Notes: generated from the sequence alone by a model not told the origin. Shown: positions 1 through 10,614, counted from the first letter of the stretch. The stretch: 64,000 nt of DNA from an uncultured delta proteobacterium (GCA_963789265.1 CAWBKB010000004.1:128001-192000), one strand, 5' to 3'. Numbers and translations: made by a program.

Positions 1-2
1 TT

Positions 3-857
3 ATGGAACATTTACGGGCAGGCTCCACCATGTGGAATGTCAGGATTGCAGCATTTTGCCTGATGCCGAATCACTACCACCTGTTGGTCCAGACTCCGGA
101 TGCTAACCTTTCACGGTTTATGAGGCATGTGGACGGCGTATACACTCAGCGATTCAACTGGTTCCACAAGTGCGACGGCTCTCTCTTCCGAGGCCGTTAC
201 AAGGCCATTCTCGTAGAGGCCGACACGTATCTGCTCGATTTGGTCCGATATATTCACCGGAATCCATTGCGGGCCGGGTTGGTGAGTCGACTCGATCGAT
301 ACCTCTGGAGCAGCCACATAGCTTATTTGTCCCTTTCAGCTAGATGGGCTTGGCTATACAGGGAAATGGTGTTCTCCATGCTGTGCCGGGCTGGAGAGGA
401 TTCGGCAAGGGCCTACCGGGAGTTCATGGTGCAGGACGAATCAGAGGAGTTCACGGCAGTGTTGTCCAAAAGAAATGTCCCGTCGCTTCTGGGATCAGAT
501 GAGTTTGTGGGCTGGGTGAAGGCAAACTTTCAGAGCCTCCGATCTCATCGAGAGATGCCTGCCTCACGGTTACTCGTTCCGGGATTGGAGGCGATACAAT
601 CTGCCGTATGCGCGAGCTATTGCATAGATCGCAATGAGCTGCTGTCGAGCAGAAGAGGAATGAGCAACGACGCCAGGAACGTGGCAGTCTATCTTGCCAG
701 ACGGCTCTCCGGTCAAACACTGTCAACCATAGGAGATGCCTTTGGACTGGAGCATTACAGCAGTGTGAGCAGCGTGGTTTCTCGCATGAAGCAAAAGATC
801 GCGAGCGACAGGAACCTGAGAAGGAAAGTGCAAGCGATCGAGCGAACCCTCCTATGA
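3..857 (+). mobile_element. Y1/HUH tyrosine transposase (RAYT/IS200-like) with C-terminal DnaA_C-like HTH; 5' end truncated by the window edge
   Basis: AFCLMPNHYHLL (HUH motif) and GSLFRGRYKAILVE. C-terminal ARNVAVYLARRLSGQTLSTIGDAFGLEHYSSV resembles the DnaA C-terminal helix-turn-helix. A short hairpin GAGTCAAG-AGTAGA-CTTGACCC follows at 856-878. Confidence 0.88.
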
Positions 858-1010
858 GTCAAGAGTAGACTTGACCCCATCCCTACGGGGCGATCTCGGA
901 CAAGGAACTTGTCGCCGCTATAGACCAGTTGACCTTCGATCACGGCGATTCGGGGATCGCCGGTCAACCCCTCATTCTGAGTCCTGTTAGCTATTTGTTA
1001 GCTGGAGATC

Positions 1011-1044
1011 AAAAAACCGGACATTCAGATGTTAGAATATCCGG
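1011..1044 (-). terminator. Rho-independent terminator downstream of tRNA-Ala
   Basis: Minus strand reads CCGGATATTC-TAACATCT-GAATGTCCGG-TTTTTT: a 10-bp stem (one G-U pair) plus U-tract. Confidence 0.75.
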
Positions 1045-1062
1045 CTAACTTCTTGTTATTAT

Positions 1063-1137
1063 TGGTGGAGATGAAGGGATTTGAACCCTCGACCCCCGCG
1101 TTGCGAACGCGGTGCTCTCCCGCTGAGCTACATCCCC
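1063..1137 (-). tRNA. tRNA-Ala (anticodon CGC)
   Basis: Reverse complement is GGGGATGTAGCTCAGCGGGAGAGCACCGCGTTCGCAACGCGGGGGTCGAGGGTTCAAATCCCTTCATCTCCACCA. It folds as a cloverleaf with G3-U70, anticodon stem CCGCG/CGCGG, T-loop TTCAAAT and encoded CCA. Confidence 0.97.
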
Positions 1138-1514
1138 ACAAGCGCAACATTATAAGCTTTGTGTGTTGCTGTCAAGGACGCTAATCCAGCTCCGTCGGGT
1201 GTATCTTTCTGCCTACTGGGATCCACGATTCCCCCGATTTTGGGAATTTCACCTTGTATAGCATTGTATTGCATCCCCATTCTCTCCCCGAACTCAGCGG
1301 TGTTTCATGCTCCACTCGGATTCACGGCGTCGGGCTCCGTGTGAATGAGTACGCCAATATGGCTGTCCGGGTCTTGGGACCTTCTCCGTACACAAAACCG
1401 TGGTCTCTTAGTGCTCTGTAAGTTGTACCGACTACTCCGACTGCGTGCCGACCGGTTCAACCATGCGCTCTTGGTTGCCGCATCCGTGCAAACTTCCAGC
1501 AAACGGGGCGTTTC

Positions 1515-2696
1515 TCATTTCTCAGGCAACAAGGACTCTACCAAGCTGACCCAGTAGCCTGCACCTAATGAAAGCAGGCGGTCATTAAAATCGTACCCGG
1601 ACTGGTGCATCATTCCGTTGGGGCGTGGCTGGCCTGCACCTATGCCCATGTATGCGCCGGGCACGGACTTTATCATGAAAGAAAAATCCTCGGAATACAT
1701 CACGGGTGGAATGTTCGTATAAACATTGTCGCTTCCGGCGACAAACGAGGCCGCCCCAATAGCTTCCTCTGTTTCTTTGTCGCTATTGATTACAGCCGGA
1801 TAACGCCGCTGGTATTGAATATCTGTACTGACCCCCATCGATATCTCCAACCCACGCAGCACTTCCTTCATACGGGTCTCCAATCGGTCCTGGATGTGCG
1901 GCTGAAAATGCCGTGTACAACCACGAAGCAATACTTTATCCGGAATCACGTTATAGGTCGTACCGCCATGAACTTCCGTAACACTTAAGACCGCTGCTTC
2001 GATGGGATCGATACTTCGACTCACGATAGTTTGGAACATGGTAACGGCTTGGGAAGCGGCCACTAGCGGGTCTCGTACATTTCCGGGCAGGCCGCCGGCA
2101 TGTCCCCCAACGCCCGTTACTGTTATGTCGAAAATGTCATAGGCCGCCATAAAAGGGCCGGTGCGTATGGCGAAGGTGCCCTCGGGCAAGCTGGGAAAAT
2201 TATGCAGTCCGAAGACGCAATTCATGGGGAAACGTTGAAAAAGCCCGTCTTCAACCATTACCTTGGCACCGCCGCCAGTCTCTTCCGCCGGTTGAAAGAT
2301 GAAGTTGACCGTGCCGCTGAATCTGCCCTTTGAGGCGAGATGTTTGGCGGCCCCGAGGAGCATGGCCATGTGGCCGTCGTGTCCGCATGCGTGCATCTTG
2401 CCAGACACCGTGGATTTGTATGGAAGATCGTTTTCCTCTTGAATGTCCAAGGCGTCCATATCTGCCCGCAACCCAATGGCTCGCGGATGGCCTTGTCCTC
2501 GTACAAGTGTGGCTACGATCCCCGTCCGGCCGATTCCTCTATGGACATCAAGGCCAAAGGACTCTAACTTTCCGGCCAGGAAATTAGACGTCTCCCTTTC
2601 CTGAAAGGCGGTCTCCGGGCAGGCATGAAGATGATGTCTCCAGGCCGCCATCTCAGATTCGAGAGAAGCTATGTCCGTATCAATTCCCATGTCCAT
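1515..2696 (-). CDS. M20 family amidohydrolase (hippurate hydrolase/M20D-like)
   Basis: Motifs LRADMDAL, MHACGHDGH, IFQPAEE, SEDF and H-x3-YDFND; AGGAGG RBS upstream. Confidence 0.92.
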   Translation of the reverse strand: MDMGIDTDIASLESEMAAWRHHLHACPETAFQERETSNFLAGKLESFGLDVHRGIGRTGIVATLVRGQGHPRAIGLRADMDALDIQEENDLPYKSTVSGKMHACGHDGHMAMLLGAAKHLASKGRFSGTVNFIFQPAEETGGGAKVMVEDGLFQRFPMNCVFGLHNFPSLPEGTFAIRTGPFMAAYDIFDITVTGVGGHAGGLPGNVRDPLVAASQAVTMFQTIVSRSIDPIEAAVLSVTEVHGGTTYNVIPDKVLLRGCTRHFQPHIQDRLETRMKEVLRGLEISMGVSTDIQYQRRYPAVINSDKETEEAIGAASFVAGSDNVYTNIPPVMYSEDFSFMIKSVPGAYMGIGAGQPRPNGMMHQSGYDFNDRLLSLGAGYWVSLVESLLPEK

Positions 2697-2752
2697 GACC
2701 TCCTCAGATCTTTTCGTGCCCGGGCCGGAATCATCCCGGATTCATTCAGGTG

Positions 2753-4066
2753 TCAACTTCCGACGTCCTTAGTAATCATGATCCGCAAGATCGTCCTGTC
2801 CGTTTCTGCCATTCCCTGTGTACTGAGCTTGCCAATATTTCGCACAGTCTGTTCGGAGGTCGAGGCAATTATGCCGTCAGTTGACTTGACATCGATGCCG
2901 TGGAGGGCGAGTAGAGCGGATTGAACCGCCGTTCCTGCTGCAGTGGCGAGTTTCAGGGAGCAGCCTGCTTTGGCCCCATCACAGATGACGCCTGCCAGGT
3001 CTTCTATCAGGTTCTTGATAGCGCTGGCGATATGATGAGTGTTCCCATTCATCAGGTAGGCTATCCCGCCCGTGGCGCCGGCGCCAGCCGCGACGGAGCA
3101 CCCGCATATCGCCGAGAGGCGGCCGATATGCGCCTTGATATAAACTGTCAGAATGTGGCTCAACGCTATAGCGCGCAGCATACGGGAGGGATCCTCACAG
3201 GTGATGTAATCGATCAGGGCCCTAATGGGTAGTACCGCTGTAAGTCCGTGGTTTCCGCTGCCCGCGGAACTCATCGCGGGAAGATTCACCCCGGACATGC
3301 GTGCGTCCGAGGCGGCGGCGGTCAAAATCCGGGCCGCCAGGATCATGTCCTTTTTGAGCAGACCTTCGCTCACAAGTCGTTGGAGGGTCATGCCGACCCC
3401 GAGCCCTGGGCCGTTTTTCAGGCCATGTGCGGCGAGCGCCATATTGGTCCGAATGCCCTCTTCGAGAAACTGAAAATCTTCGGCATCCAGGTCATCCAAT
3501 AGCCCCACCATCTCTTCGAGAGAAAGGCCGGAAATCCATTGTTCCAAAGGCCGGATACTTTCATTAGAGTGCTCGCTTGCCGAAAGGAGTGGATGGTCAT
3601 AGACCGGGACGCCATTTAGTTGCAGCCCTGCAATGTGATCATGGGCATCCTCAAGGATCGCCTCAGCCCGGTAACCGCCACTCCTAACAGACACCTTAAT
3701 AAAGACGGGCTGCTCTGTTTCGAGCAAGTGAACCTCAACTTTCTCTTTCGAAAGGAAATCCTTAGCCAGCTTGAAGGTCTGATCGTTAATGGGTTTGAAG
3801 ACCTCGAGTTTCAGAAAAGGATCTCCTCCGAAGGCTCCCAATGCGGCAGCCAGATCTATACCGAATTCACCCTTCGTTCCGGGTATGGCCACCCCCATAG
3901 CGTTCTTGTACACATTGGGACTCACCCAGAGTTCAATGGAAGATAGGTCTTTTCTCGGGAGTAGCGTGACGGCTGCCGCTGCGCAAAGCGCAACCGCGGC
4001 AGGCTCTGTGCAGCCAAGGGCAGGTAGTACTTCCAGATGCAGAATATCCTTGATCCGGTAAGTCAT
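2753..4066 (-). CDS. L-cysteine desulfidase-like Fe-S lyase (YhaM/CdsB/CyuA family)
   Basis: Motifs PALGCTEP, ASDARMSG, SAGSGNHG, GRLSAICGC and CDGAKAGCSLK. Confidence 0.88.
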   Translation of the reverse strand: MTYRIKDILHLEVLPALGCTEPAAVALCAAAAVTLLPRKDLSSIELWVSPNVYKNAMGVAIPGTKGEFGIDLAAALGAFGGDPFLKLEVFKPINDQTFKLAKDFLSKEKVEVHLLETEQPVFIKVSVRSGGYRAEAILEDAHDHIAGLQLNGVPVYDHPLLSASEHSNESIRPLEQWISGLSLEEMVGLLDDLDAEDFQFLEEGIRTNMALAAHGLKNGPGLGVGMTLQRLVSEGLLKKDMILAARILTAAASDARMSGVNLPAMSSAGSGNHGLTAVLPIRALIDYITCEDPSRMLRAIALSHILTVYIKAHIGRLSAICGCSVAAGAGATGGIAYLMNGNTHHIASAIKNLIEDLAGVICDGAKAGCSLKLATAAGTAVQSALLALHGIDVKSTDGIIASTSEQTVRNIGKLSTQGMAETDRTILRIMITKDVGS

Positions 4067-4146
4067 CTAAAATCCCCAATAGATTAAGAATGCGCTATGC
4101 TGCTCGTCTCCCGACTCTAGCCCCGGAACGAGGGCAAATTGGGGGA

Positions 4147-4992
4147 CTATTCCTCTGCCGATGCCGACGAAAAGCGAAAATCACAAAAGGGCGCACCTTC
4201 CATAATAGTCTGAGTTCGGGTGAACCTTATCTTGGGGTTAAAGCCTTCCATCAAAGCAAAATCCCGCCCACAGGAAAGAAGAAAACCGAATTCTTCCAGG
4301 CTGTGCTCCCGGTACATCTCCGCATACTTACACCGCGTTACGTTGACGGAGGCTTTGGCAGGAGTCGCCTCAAGCACCTCAAACTCCAGGGCGCCGGCCT
4401 GACTGAATAGTGGTAAGGCCTTTTGTAAGTGTTCCATGCTGTTTCCGCCCGCCACCATTTGTAAAAGCTTCCCCGCTTGCCGGGCCAGGGATTTAATCTC
4501 CGCCTGACTGACTTCAAGGGCAGGCTCCCGGCCGAATTTCTCAATAAAGGCTTTGATGAGAGGGGCGGCAATGAGGGCTTCAATCTCACGCCGAATGATG
4601 ATGGGCACACTGTTGATGTCCTCCATAACTGTTCCTCCTGCTTCCACGGTGGGTTCGTTGGGCTGAGCTGTCGCCTCCCTTGTAATAACCAGATCTTTGA
4701 CCACTTTTTTTTGATTTAGCGGCTCAAGTGTGATGTCTCCTTCGACGCGGGTCTGACAAATAAGGCCGGCGTGCCCGTTTATTTTCCCTGTACAGCGGCC
4801 GCAGATCCCCAATGCGCAGCCGGCATGGTCGTAATAGGCCAGTGTGCTGTCCTGGTTTTGGTAGACGTAATCAAGGGCATCCATGGCACTCATGCCTTCT
4901 TCAAAAGGCACTTCATATGTTTTGTAATAGGGGGTCTTGTCCACAGAAGGGTCGAACCGGAAGATCCTCACTTTTATCAAGTCATTCGACAT
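4147..4992 (-). CDS. Fusion of an SdhB/FrdB-type N-terminal 2Fe-2S domain and an ATC-hydrolase-like (V4R-related) domain
   Basis: N-terminal RIFRFDP...CALGICGRC...LIC; C-terminal RREIEA...VTRCKYAEMY...LLSCGRD...RTQTIMEGAPFCDFRF. Confidence 0.8.
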   Translation of the reverse strand: MSNDLIKVRIFRFDPSVDKTPYYKTYEVPFEEGMSAMDALDYVYQNQDSTLAYYDHAGCALGICGRCTGKINGHAGLICQTRVEGDITLEPLNQKKVVKDLVITREATAQPNEPTVEAGGTVMEDINSVPIIIRREIEALIAAPLIKAFIEKFGREPALEVSQAEIKSLARQAGKLLQMVAGGNSMEHLQKALPLFSQAGALEFEVLEATPAKASVNVTRCKYAEMYREHSLEEFGFLLSCGRDFALMEGFNPKIRFTRTQTIMEGAPFCDFRFSSASAEE

Positions 4993-5013
4993 GCTCGTTC
5001 ACCTCGCTCTTTC

Positions 5014-6789
5014 TCAATGTTTGCCACCGGTATCCGAACGTGATTCCATCATCTTCTTGATGAATTCGAGGTAGGGCGTCACGCCGGTTGGAGGTGTCAT
5101 GGTGGTGACAGTCACGGGTCTCTTGATCACCTTGGAGCCGTCACTCTCCCTCTTGACGATGCTTTCCTGAAGCCAGTTATCATTGTCGACATTTGGGTAG
5201 TCTTCACGAAAATGCACGCCTCGGCTTTCAGTGCGAAGCAGGGCACTTTGGGCCGCCATCTCCAGGAGTTGAACCATATTCTGTAGTTCCAAGGCGTCGA
5301 TCCACTCCTTGTTGTACGTCCTGCTCTTGGAGGTAGTTGCCAGGCTGGGAAGCTCATCTTTCCCGACCGAATTCAATAAGTTGATAAATAACTCTAGCTC
5401 GTCCTTGTTGCGGATGGGACCGAGAAACTTGTGGGCAGCCTCCTGAACACGCCTTCTAACTTTGGGAGGATTAAGACCTTTCGGCCTGAGTAGAGGTGCC
5501 TCGGTCCGTTCACGGATAGCAATGAGGGTCTTTTCATCAGGATCCTGTGCTTTCGCTTTCTTGGCGTATTCTCCTGCATTGGCTCCCGCATCCGCTCCGT
5601 GCACGAGCATCTCGGTGATCGCCGCAAACACCCGGTTGGCTCCAAAAGCACCTAATGTGCATTCTCCGGCTGCGTAGAGTCCCTCCAAGGTCGTTTCAAA
5701 ACGCTCGTTAACCACGATGCCTCCCTCGAAATATTCCGCGGCCGGCCCGACCTCGACCGGTTCGTTCTCTTTTAGCTTCCGGCCCCACTCCGATAGGTCT
5801 ATGGCCTTATACTTCCACTTCGGAAAAACCAAAGAAGCAATGAGTTCGACTTTCTCCCAAGGCACATCGCCCCGGCTGAAATGCACCCCTCCGTTGGGCG
5901 TTCCCTTGCCCGCCCGGACCTCCTTCATGGTGGCATGGGAGATGAAGCTCTTGTTCCACTCCGTTAACGATCCGACATTGACAACAAAAGGGTCATATCG
6001 TTTCAAGAATTCCTCTCCGAGGCCGTTCGTCAAACTACCACCCACCAACAGACTCAACATGTAAGGCGCGATGCTGCCCCGCCAGATCGGGGGGTGCAAG
6101 AAGACATTGCAGCAGAAAGTTATAAATTCCATGTTCCCCAGATCGGCGCCCGCCCGGTGGGCAATGGCAATCCCGTCTCCCGAGAGATCCCGCATGCCGG
6201 TATTGGGCCAGAAGGCTTTGTGCCAGCCACCTGTGGCCATCACCACGGCTTTGCATCGGAACTGCAAGTATTCGCCCGATCGGATGTCCAAGCCGACAGC
6301 GCCGGTGACCTTTCCTTCGTGGGCAACCAAGTCCAGGAGCAAAACATCCGCACGCAGATCAACTTGAATGGACCTGGCCTTTTTGAGCAAGGCATCCATA
6401 ATCCCTATTCCGCTAGTGAAGATCATTCGTTCATCCGATAGCTTGATCTGAATTCCCCATTCAATCAATTCTCTAAGGCACTGTGGAGCCAACCGGATAT
6501 ACTGCTCCACAAGCTCCTGGTTGTTCAGGAAACATCCTTGTGTAACAATGTCATTGAATACCTTTGCGGGGCTGTCATTGGGATCTCCTCTCAGCCCTGC
6601 GATCTGACTCATGCTCCGGCCATCGAGAGTGAAGTCAGCCCCCGCCATGGGGGTTGCTCCGCAGCGCGCGAGGGGCCCCTTACTAAGGAGAAGGACACTC
6701 ATGCCCTTCTCTCTGGCCGCAATGGCCGCCCTGAAACCGGCCCCACCTCCGCCTACCACCAGTACGTCGGTTTCTATCTTTGGAGTCAT
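5014..6789 (-). CDS. SdhA/FrdA/NadB-family FAD-binding oxidoreductase with atypical active site
   Basis: Motifs GGGGAG, MATGG, GLYAAGEC, GANR and RTESRGVHFREDYP; the covalent-FAD His and the HPT motif are absent. Confidence 0.88.
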   Translation of the reverse strand: MTPKIETDVLVVGGGGAGFRAAIAAREKGMSVLLLSKGPLARCGATPMAGADFTLDGRSMSQIAGLRGDPNDSPAKVFNDIVTQGCFLNNQELVEQYIRLAPQCLRELIEWGIQIKLSDERMIFTSGIGIMDALLKKARSIQVDLRADVLLLDLVAHEGKVTGAVGLDIRSGEYLQFRCKAVVMATGGWHKAFWPNTGMRDLSGDGIAIAHRAGADLGNMEFITFCCNVFLHPPIWRGSIAPYMLSLLVGGSLTNGLGEEFLKRYDPFVVNVGSLTEWNKSFISHATMKEVRAGKGTPNGGVHFSRGDVPWEKVELIASLVFPKWKYKAIDLSEWGRKLKENEPVEVGPAAEYFEGGIVVNERFETTLEGLYAAGECTLGAFGANRVFAAITEMLVHGADAGANAGEYAKKAKAQDPDEKTLIAIRERTEAPLLRPKGLNPPKVRRRVQEAAHKFLGPIRNKDELELFINLLNSVGKDELPSLATTSKSRTYNKEWIDALELQNMVQLLEMAAQSALLRTESRGVHFREDYPNVDNDNWLQESIVKRESDGSKVIKRPVTVTTMTPPTGVTPYLEFIKKMMESRSDTGGKH

Positions 6790-6791
6790 CT

Positions 6792-7304
6792 CTATCCTCG
6801 CTTCTTAGAGGGCGATTGGTCGAATGAGACTTCCGGTTTTCTTTCGCTGATGACCTGGTCAAAGTACAGCGCCATGTCCTTGAAGAGTTCGGAGAGAAAG
6901 CCATACTCCCGAGGTGTGACCTCCGCAAACCGGTTGATAATGTTGGCATCCATCCGGGCATGAAACTCCCGGTGTCCGTGAAAGGCAATCTGGCCTCGTT
7001 TGGTTAATCTCAGTAACACCTCTTTCAAGTTGCCCTGGCCGTTGTAACGCTCGACGAGCTTCTTCTTCACGACCTTTCCGACGATCTGGGTTACTGCAGG
7101 CTTTGAGATGCCCAGCACTGATGCTAAGCCGGTCATATTGATGCTCGGATGTTTTCCTATAGCCTCCACGACATGGATCTCCGAGGGGAACAATTTGTCT
7201 CCGGTCCCGAAATCCCGGGCCATCTTTTCAAGGGCTGTGAATTTGTTCAGGGCAATCACGAACAGATTGATCAATTCCGCTAATTGCCCGGATCTTGTTT
7301 TCAT
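6792..7304 (-). CDS. MarR family transcriptional regulator
   Basis: Winged HTH SEIHVVEAIG...LASVLGISKPAVTQIV...VLLRLTKRG. Confidence 0.9.
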   Translation of the reverse strand: MKTRSGQLAELINLFVIALNKFTALEKMARDFGTGDKLFPSEIHVVEAIGKHPSINMTGLASVLGISKPAVTQIVGKVVKKKLVERYNGQGNLKEVLLRLTKRGQIAFHGHREFHARMDANIINRFAEVTPREYGFLSELFKDMALYFDQVISERKPEVSFDQSPSKKRG

Positions 7305-7341
7305 GGAAATATAGTTAAGCAGGTTAATAAAATGTTGTCAA
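7305..7341 (-). promoter_or_regulatory. Candidate sigma70 promoter overlapping an imperfect palindromic operator, directly before marR
   Basis: TTGACA (7341-7336) followed by TTAACCTGCTTAACTATATT and the ATG. TTAA-N5-TTAA dyad; no RBS visible. Confidence 0.4.
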
Positions 7342-7680
7342 GCTTTTTCCGGTGCTTTAGAATTCAGACCTGTTTTTCTGGAACTTTTTTCGGCACCTCC
7401 TTGCTCGATGCCTGGCGAATAGTATACTTGGGGTCCGGACGAAGGGCCTGACGGTGAGACGATCGGGCCGGACTTGACAGTTTCACGGTGAATCGGATTG
7501 ATTCTCATGGCACTAACGCCATCACAGTAAAGTTTCACCACATATATTATTTCTTAAATGTTACATTTCATGACTTTATTGGTTAATGTTCCACCGCACT
7601 TTTCGACTTTACTCGGACATTTCGGACAGAAGTGTGGCATGATACGAAGGGCCTCTCGCCGCCGCACAAAGGAACCTGGC

Positions 7681-8319
7681 ATGCAAGCTCGCAGAAGAAC
7701 TGCTAAGAGGAGCATCAGCACCCTGATCATCTCTCAGGAAGGGATCGAACTCGGCATTCTGGAAGTGCTTAAGAAGCATGCAGCAAAGAACGGACTCACC
7801 AACTCCGAATTGCTTAAGAAGTGCGGCGCGCGGCTGAAGCGGTCTCTGGCGGCATTGTTCAAGCGAAAGGAGCCCAGGAGCGAAGACGTCAAAGGTCTGC
7901 TTTACAATCTCTGGAGAAGCGGGTTTCTGTTTTTTGAGCCTCCTAATAGTGGTCAACGAGTGGGCCGAGTCTGGGGCATGGAGTCGGCACGGCAGATCTT
8001 TCCGTCGGCATGCTTCTTCACGCCGAAACATGGTAGCTCCAAGGAAACGACAGAGAATACTCGGGAAGCACTTAAAGCGGCGTACAGCAAATTCGTCCCC
8101 GAGCATCTGGGCGGGTTTGTGCCGATTTTCAAGGTGCGCCGGGCACTGGACTGGTCAAGCCAAGCATTCGATAGCCTACTGCGGGACTTAAATGAGCGAC
8201 AAGAGCCGGTGGTGGAGCTGCACGCTGGGGATCCTGCCGATCTGACCGAGGCAGAAAAGCGCGATTCTTTGTGGAAGAGCGGCAGATTGCTGATTCGAAT
8301 GCGCTGGAGGGAACCATGA
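7681..8319 (+). CDS. Hypothetical protein, possibly with winged-helix domains; start uncertain
   Basis: Long ORF whose stop overlaps the next start (ATGA at 8316-8319). Confidence 0.6.
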   Translation: MQARRRTAKRSISTLIISQEGIELGILEVLKKHAAKNGLTNSELLKKCGARLKRSLAALFKRKEPRSEDVKGLLYNLWRSGFLFFEPPNSGQRVGRVWGMESARQIFPSACFFTPKHGSSKETTENTREALKAAYSKFVPEHLGGFVPIFKVRRALDWSSQAFDSLLRDLNERQEPVVELHAGDPADLTEAEKRDSLWKSGRLLIRMRWREP

Positions 8320-10389
8320 AGGAATTGAGTCTTAAACTCCCCTTCAACCCGTTCGTGGACATTGCGGTAGGCAATCCCTGGAAATCCGACGAGCCCGACG
8401 TCAGGAGCATAAACGCCGCAGCCTACAACGGCTTGCTTGGGCTGATCAAACAGCTCGTCAAGACTCCGCATTTGGCGGCACTGGTTCTGGGGTCTGCCGG
8501 GAGCGGAAAGACTCACTTAATCAAAAGGCTGTTGCAATCCCGTGACGCGAATGTGCTGTTCGTATACGTTCACCCGATGAAGGATCACAAAAGGGTATTC
8601 ACGACTCTCATGGAGCATGTTTCCACAAATCTGGCAGCCCGTCCGCCTTGGGTCAATGAATCGGCACATGCGACTCAGCTCGATCTCACGGTGGTTAATG
8701 TGATAACAGCAGCTTTCGAGAACTACCTTTGCTTGAATCCGGAGGACCCTGGAAGAATCTACCTTAAAAGCATCAAGAAAGATCCTTTGAAGATTCTGTC
8801 ATTCAGGAAGTCCCCGAAATGGAACGTACTTATCGACAATGCCCAGGAATTTCTGAAAGATAGGCCTTCCTTTCGCAGCGTGACCTCAAGGAAAGTGCTG
8901 CGAGCAATGTTTCAGTATCTCGACAAATCCAAGCGGGAAGCAGTGCGCACTTTTCTCAGCGGCACAATTCCCGATCAAGAAGAATGTGAGGCTCTTGGCC
9001 TTAGATACGGCGAAGGGGACTGGTCAATTGAAGCCCAAGAACAGCGATCCAAAGACATTCTAAAGACAGTCGGCGGCCTGTTGGAATTCTATCGCCCAAT
9101 GGTGTTGTGCTTCGATCAACTGGATTCCATTGAAGGGCCTGAATTGATAAGGGCAATAGGAACCCTCTTCATGGACATCGTGAACGAAATCGAAAACATC
9201 CTGCCAATCGCATTCATGAGGCCGGAGAACTGGGAGAATCATTTCAAGAAGCAATTGGACCGATCTGCCGAGGACCGAATGACATCTCAAAGCCTTTCGC
9301 TGGAGGGGTGCAATTTAGAGCAAGCCCTCGATATCGTCAGAGAAAGACTAGCCTGGGCATTTCAGTCAGCTTCAGAGGTTCCGCCGGATCCCTTCTTCCC
9401 CCTTGATCGCCCTATGATTGAAAAACGGCTGAAAGGTGTGACCAGCCCGCGTGACGTCCTGTCCATAGCCCTCAATGTGCTTTCCAAAGGGAAACAGCCC
9501 TGGGGTCGAGAAGATCCTACGGAGGTGGTGAAGAAGCAGTTCGAAGCCGAACGTGAAAAGCTGCTGGCGTTAGGCGAACAAGAGCCGGTACGCCAAGACA
9601 CGGTGGTAGCGGCTTTAAAATTGTACTTCGAAAACCAACAAGATCGGCATGGATATCGAGCCACCAATGTCGAAGTGTCAGGCGAGGACATCCGACTTCG
9701 GGCTAAACCGGCCGACGGGGCACATCAGGAAAGAATAGTCGAAATACGCGTCGAGACGGCTATCCATTGGAACCCACTTAGCAAATCTCTCGAGAGACTC
9801 AAAAGATCAATAGAAGGGAACTTGAGTGACTTCGCGTTTCTTATCCGGGATGATCGGTGCCGGATCCCTCCAAAGAAAGGATCTATGCCAAAGACAGTCG
9901 AGAAGCTGAGAGAGTTTCAACGTGCAGGCGGTCATTTGCATTACATTGATTACCAGAACCCTCACTTCACTTTACGCTCTGGTGTATACGTGGGATAAAA
10001 TCCGAGCGGGCGATCTTTCTTATGTTTCGGGAGAACATGAAGAGCGCGAAGTAGTCGACACAGCAAACTTTCTTGAATTCGTGAGGGAAGAATTTGATTG
10101 CGACATGCTTAACCGGATGGAACTCCAGTTCTTGGAGGCGGGGCATGCTAAAAGACTGACAGTGGCGCGGCCAAGCGCACAAAAAGAGAAAGAAATCTAT
10201 TCAGCTATCCAGTCCATTCTTGATGAGGCTCCTTACAAACTCAAACTGGAGCAAATACTGGTGCGGCTTCAAGAAAAGGGCATCGTGAAGGATCTGCCTC
10301 ACAGCTTTTTAGCCGAACTGATTGGCAAGCACAGCGACAGGTTCGGTAATATCAGCGTTACACCGCCCATCTACTTTCTGAAGAAGTAA
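8316..10389 (+). CDS. P-loop NTPase (AAA+-like), with a +1 frameshift near 9960
   Basis: Walker A GSAGSGKT and Walker B VLCFDQLD. Removing one C from CCC (9959-9961) joins HYIDYQN to LTSLYALVYTWDK of ORF 9922-10389. Confidence 0.75.
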
Positions 10390-10490
10390 CCGGCGAAGAT
10401 TCGACTTACTCAAATTCGGAGAACCTGCCGGTGCCCTCGGCCGCTTTCTTGTGAGCTAGGGTTCCTCTGTTGAACCATTGCAGCAACAGG

Positions 10491-10614
10491 GTAACCATTC
10501 ACTTACGTGGGGCAGGCTTTCCAGCCTGCCTTTGTGTTAACTTGGCTGACGGCAGGCTGGAAAGCCTGCCCCACAGGTTTGGTGACACTTTCCCGCTGAA
10601 AACTGAATACTTAC
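10491..10614. repeat. MITE-like element carrying a REP-like palindrome
   Basis: Imperfect TIRs GTAACCATTCAC / CTGAATACTTAC; flanks GCAACAGG / GCAACCGG; internal perfect 24-bp inverted repeat at 10507-10574. Confidence 0.7.

Noticed and set aside
5014..6789. Calling the flavoprotein sdhA, frdA or nadB
   Set aside because: Catalytic and covalent-FAD residues are substituted, and no complete SdhB or membrane anchor is present.
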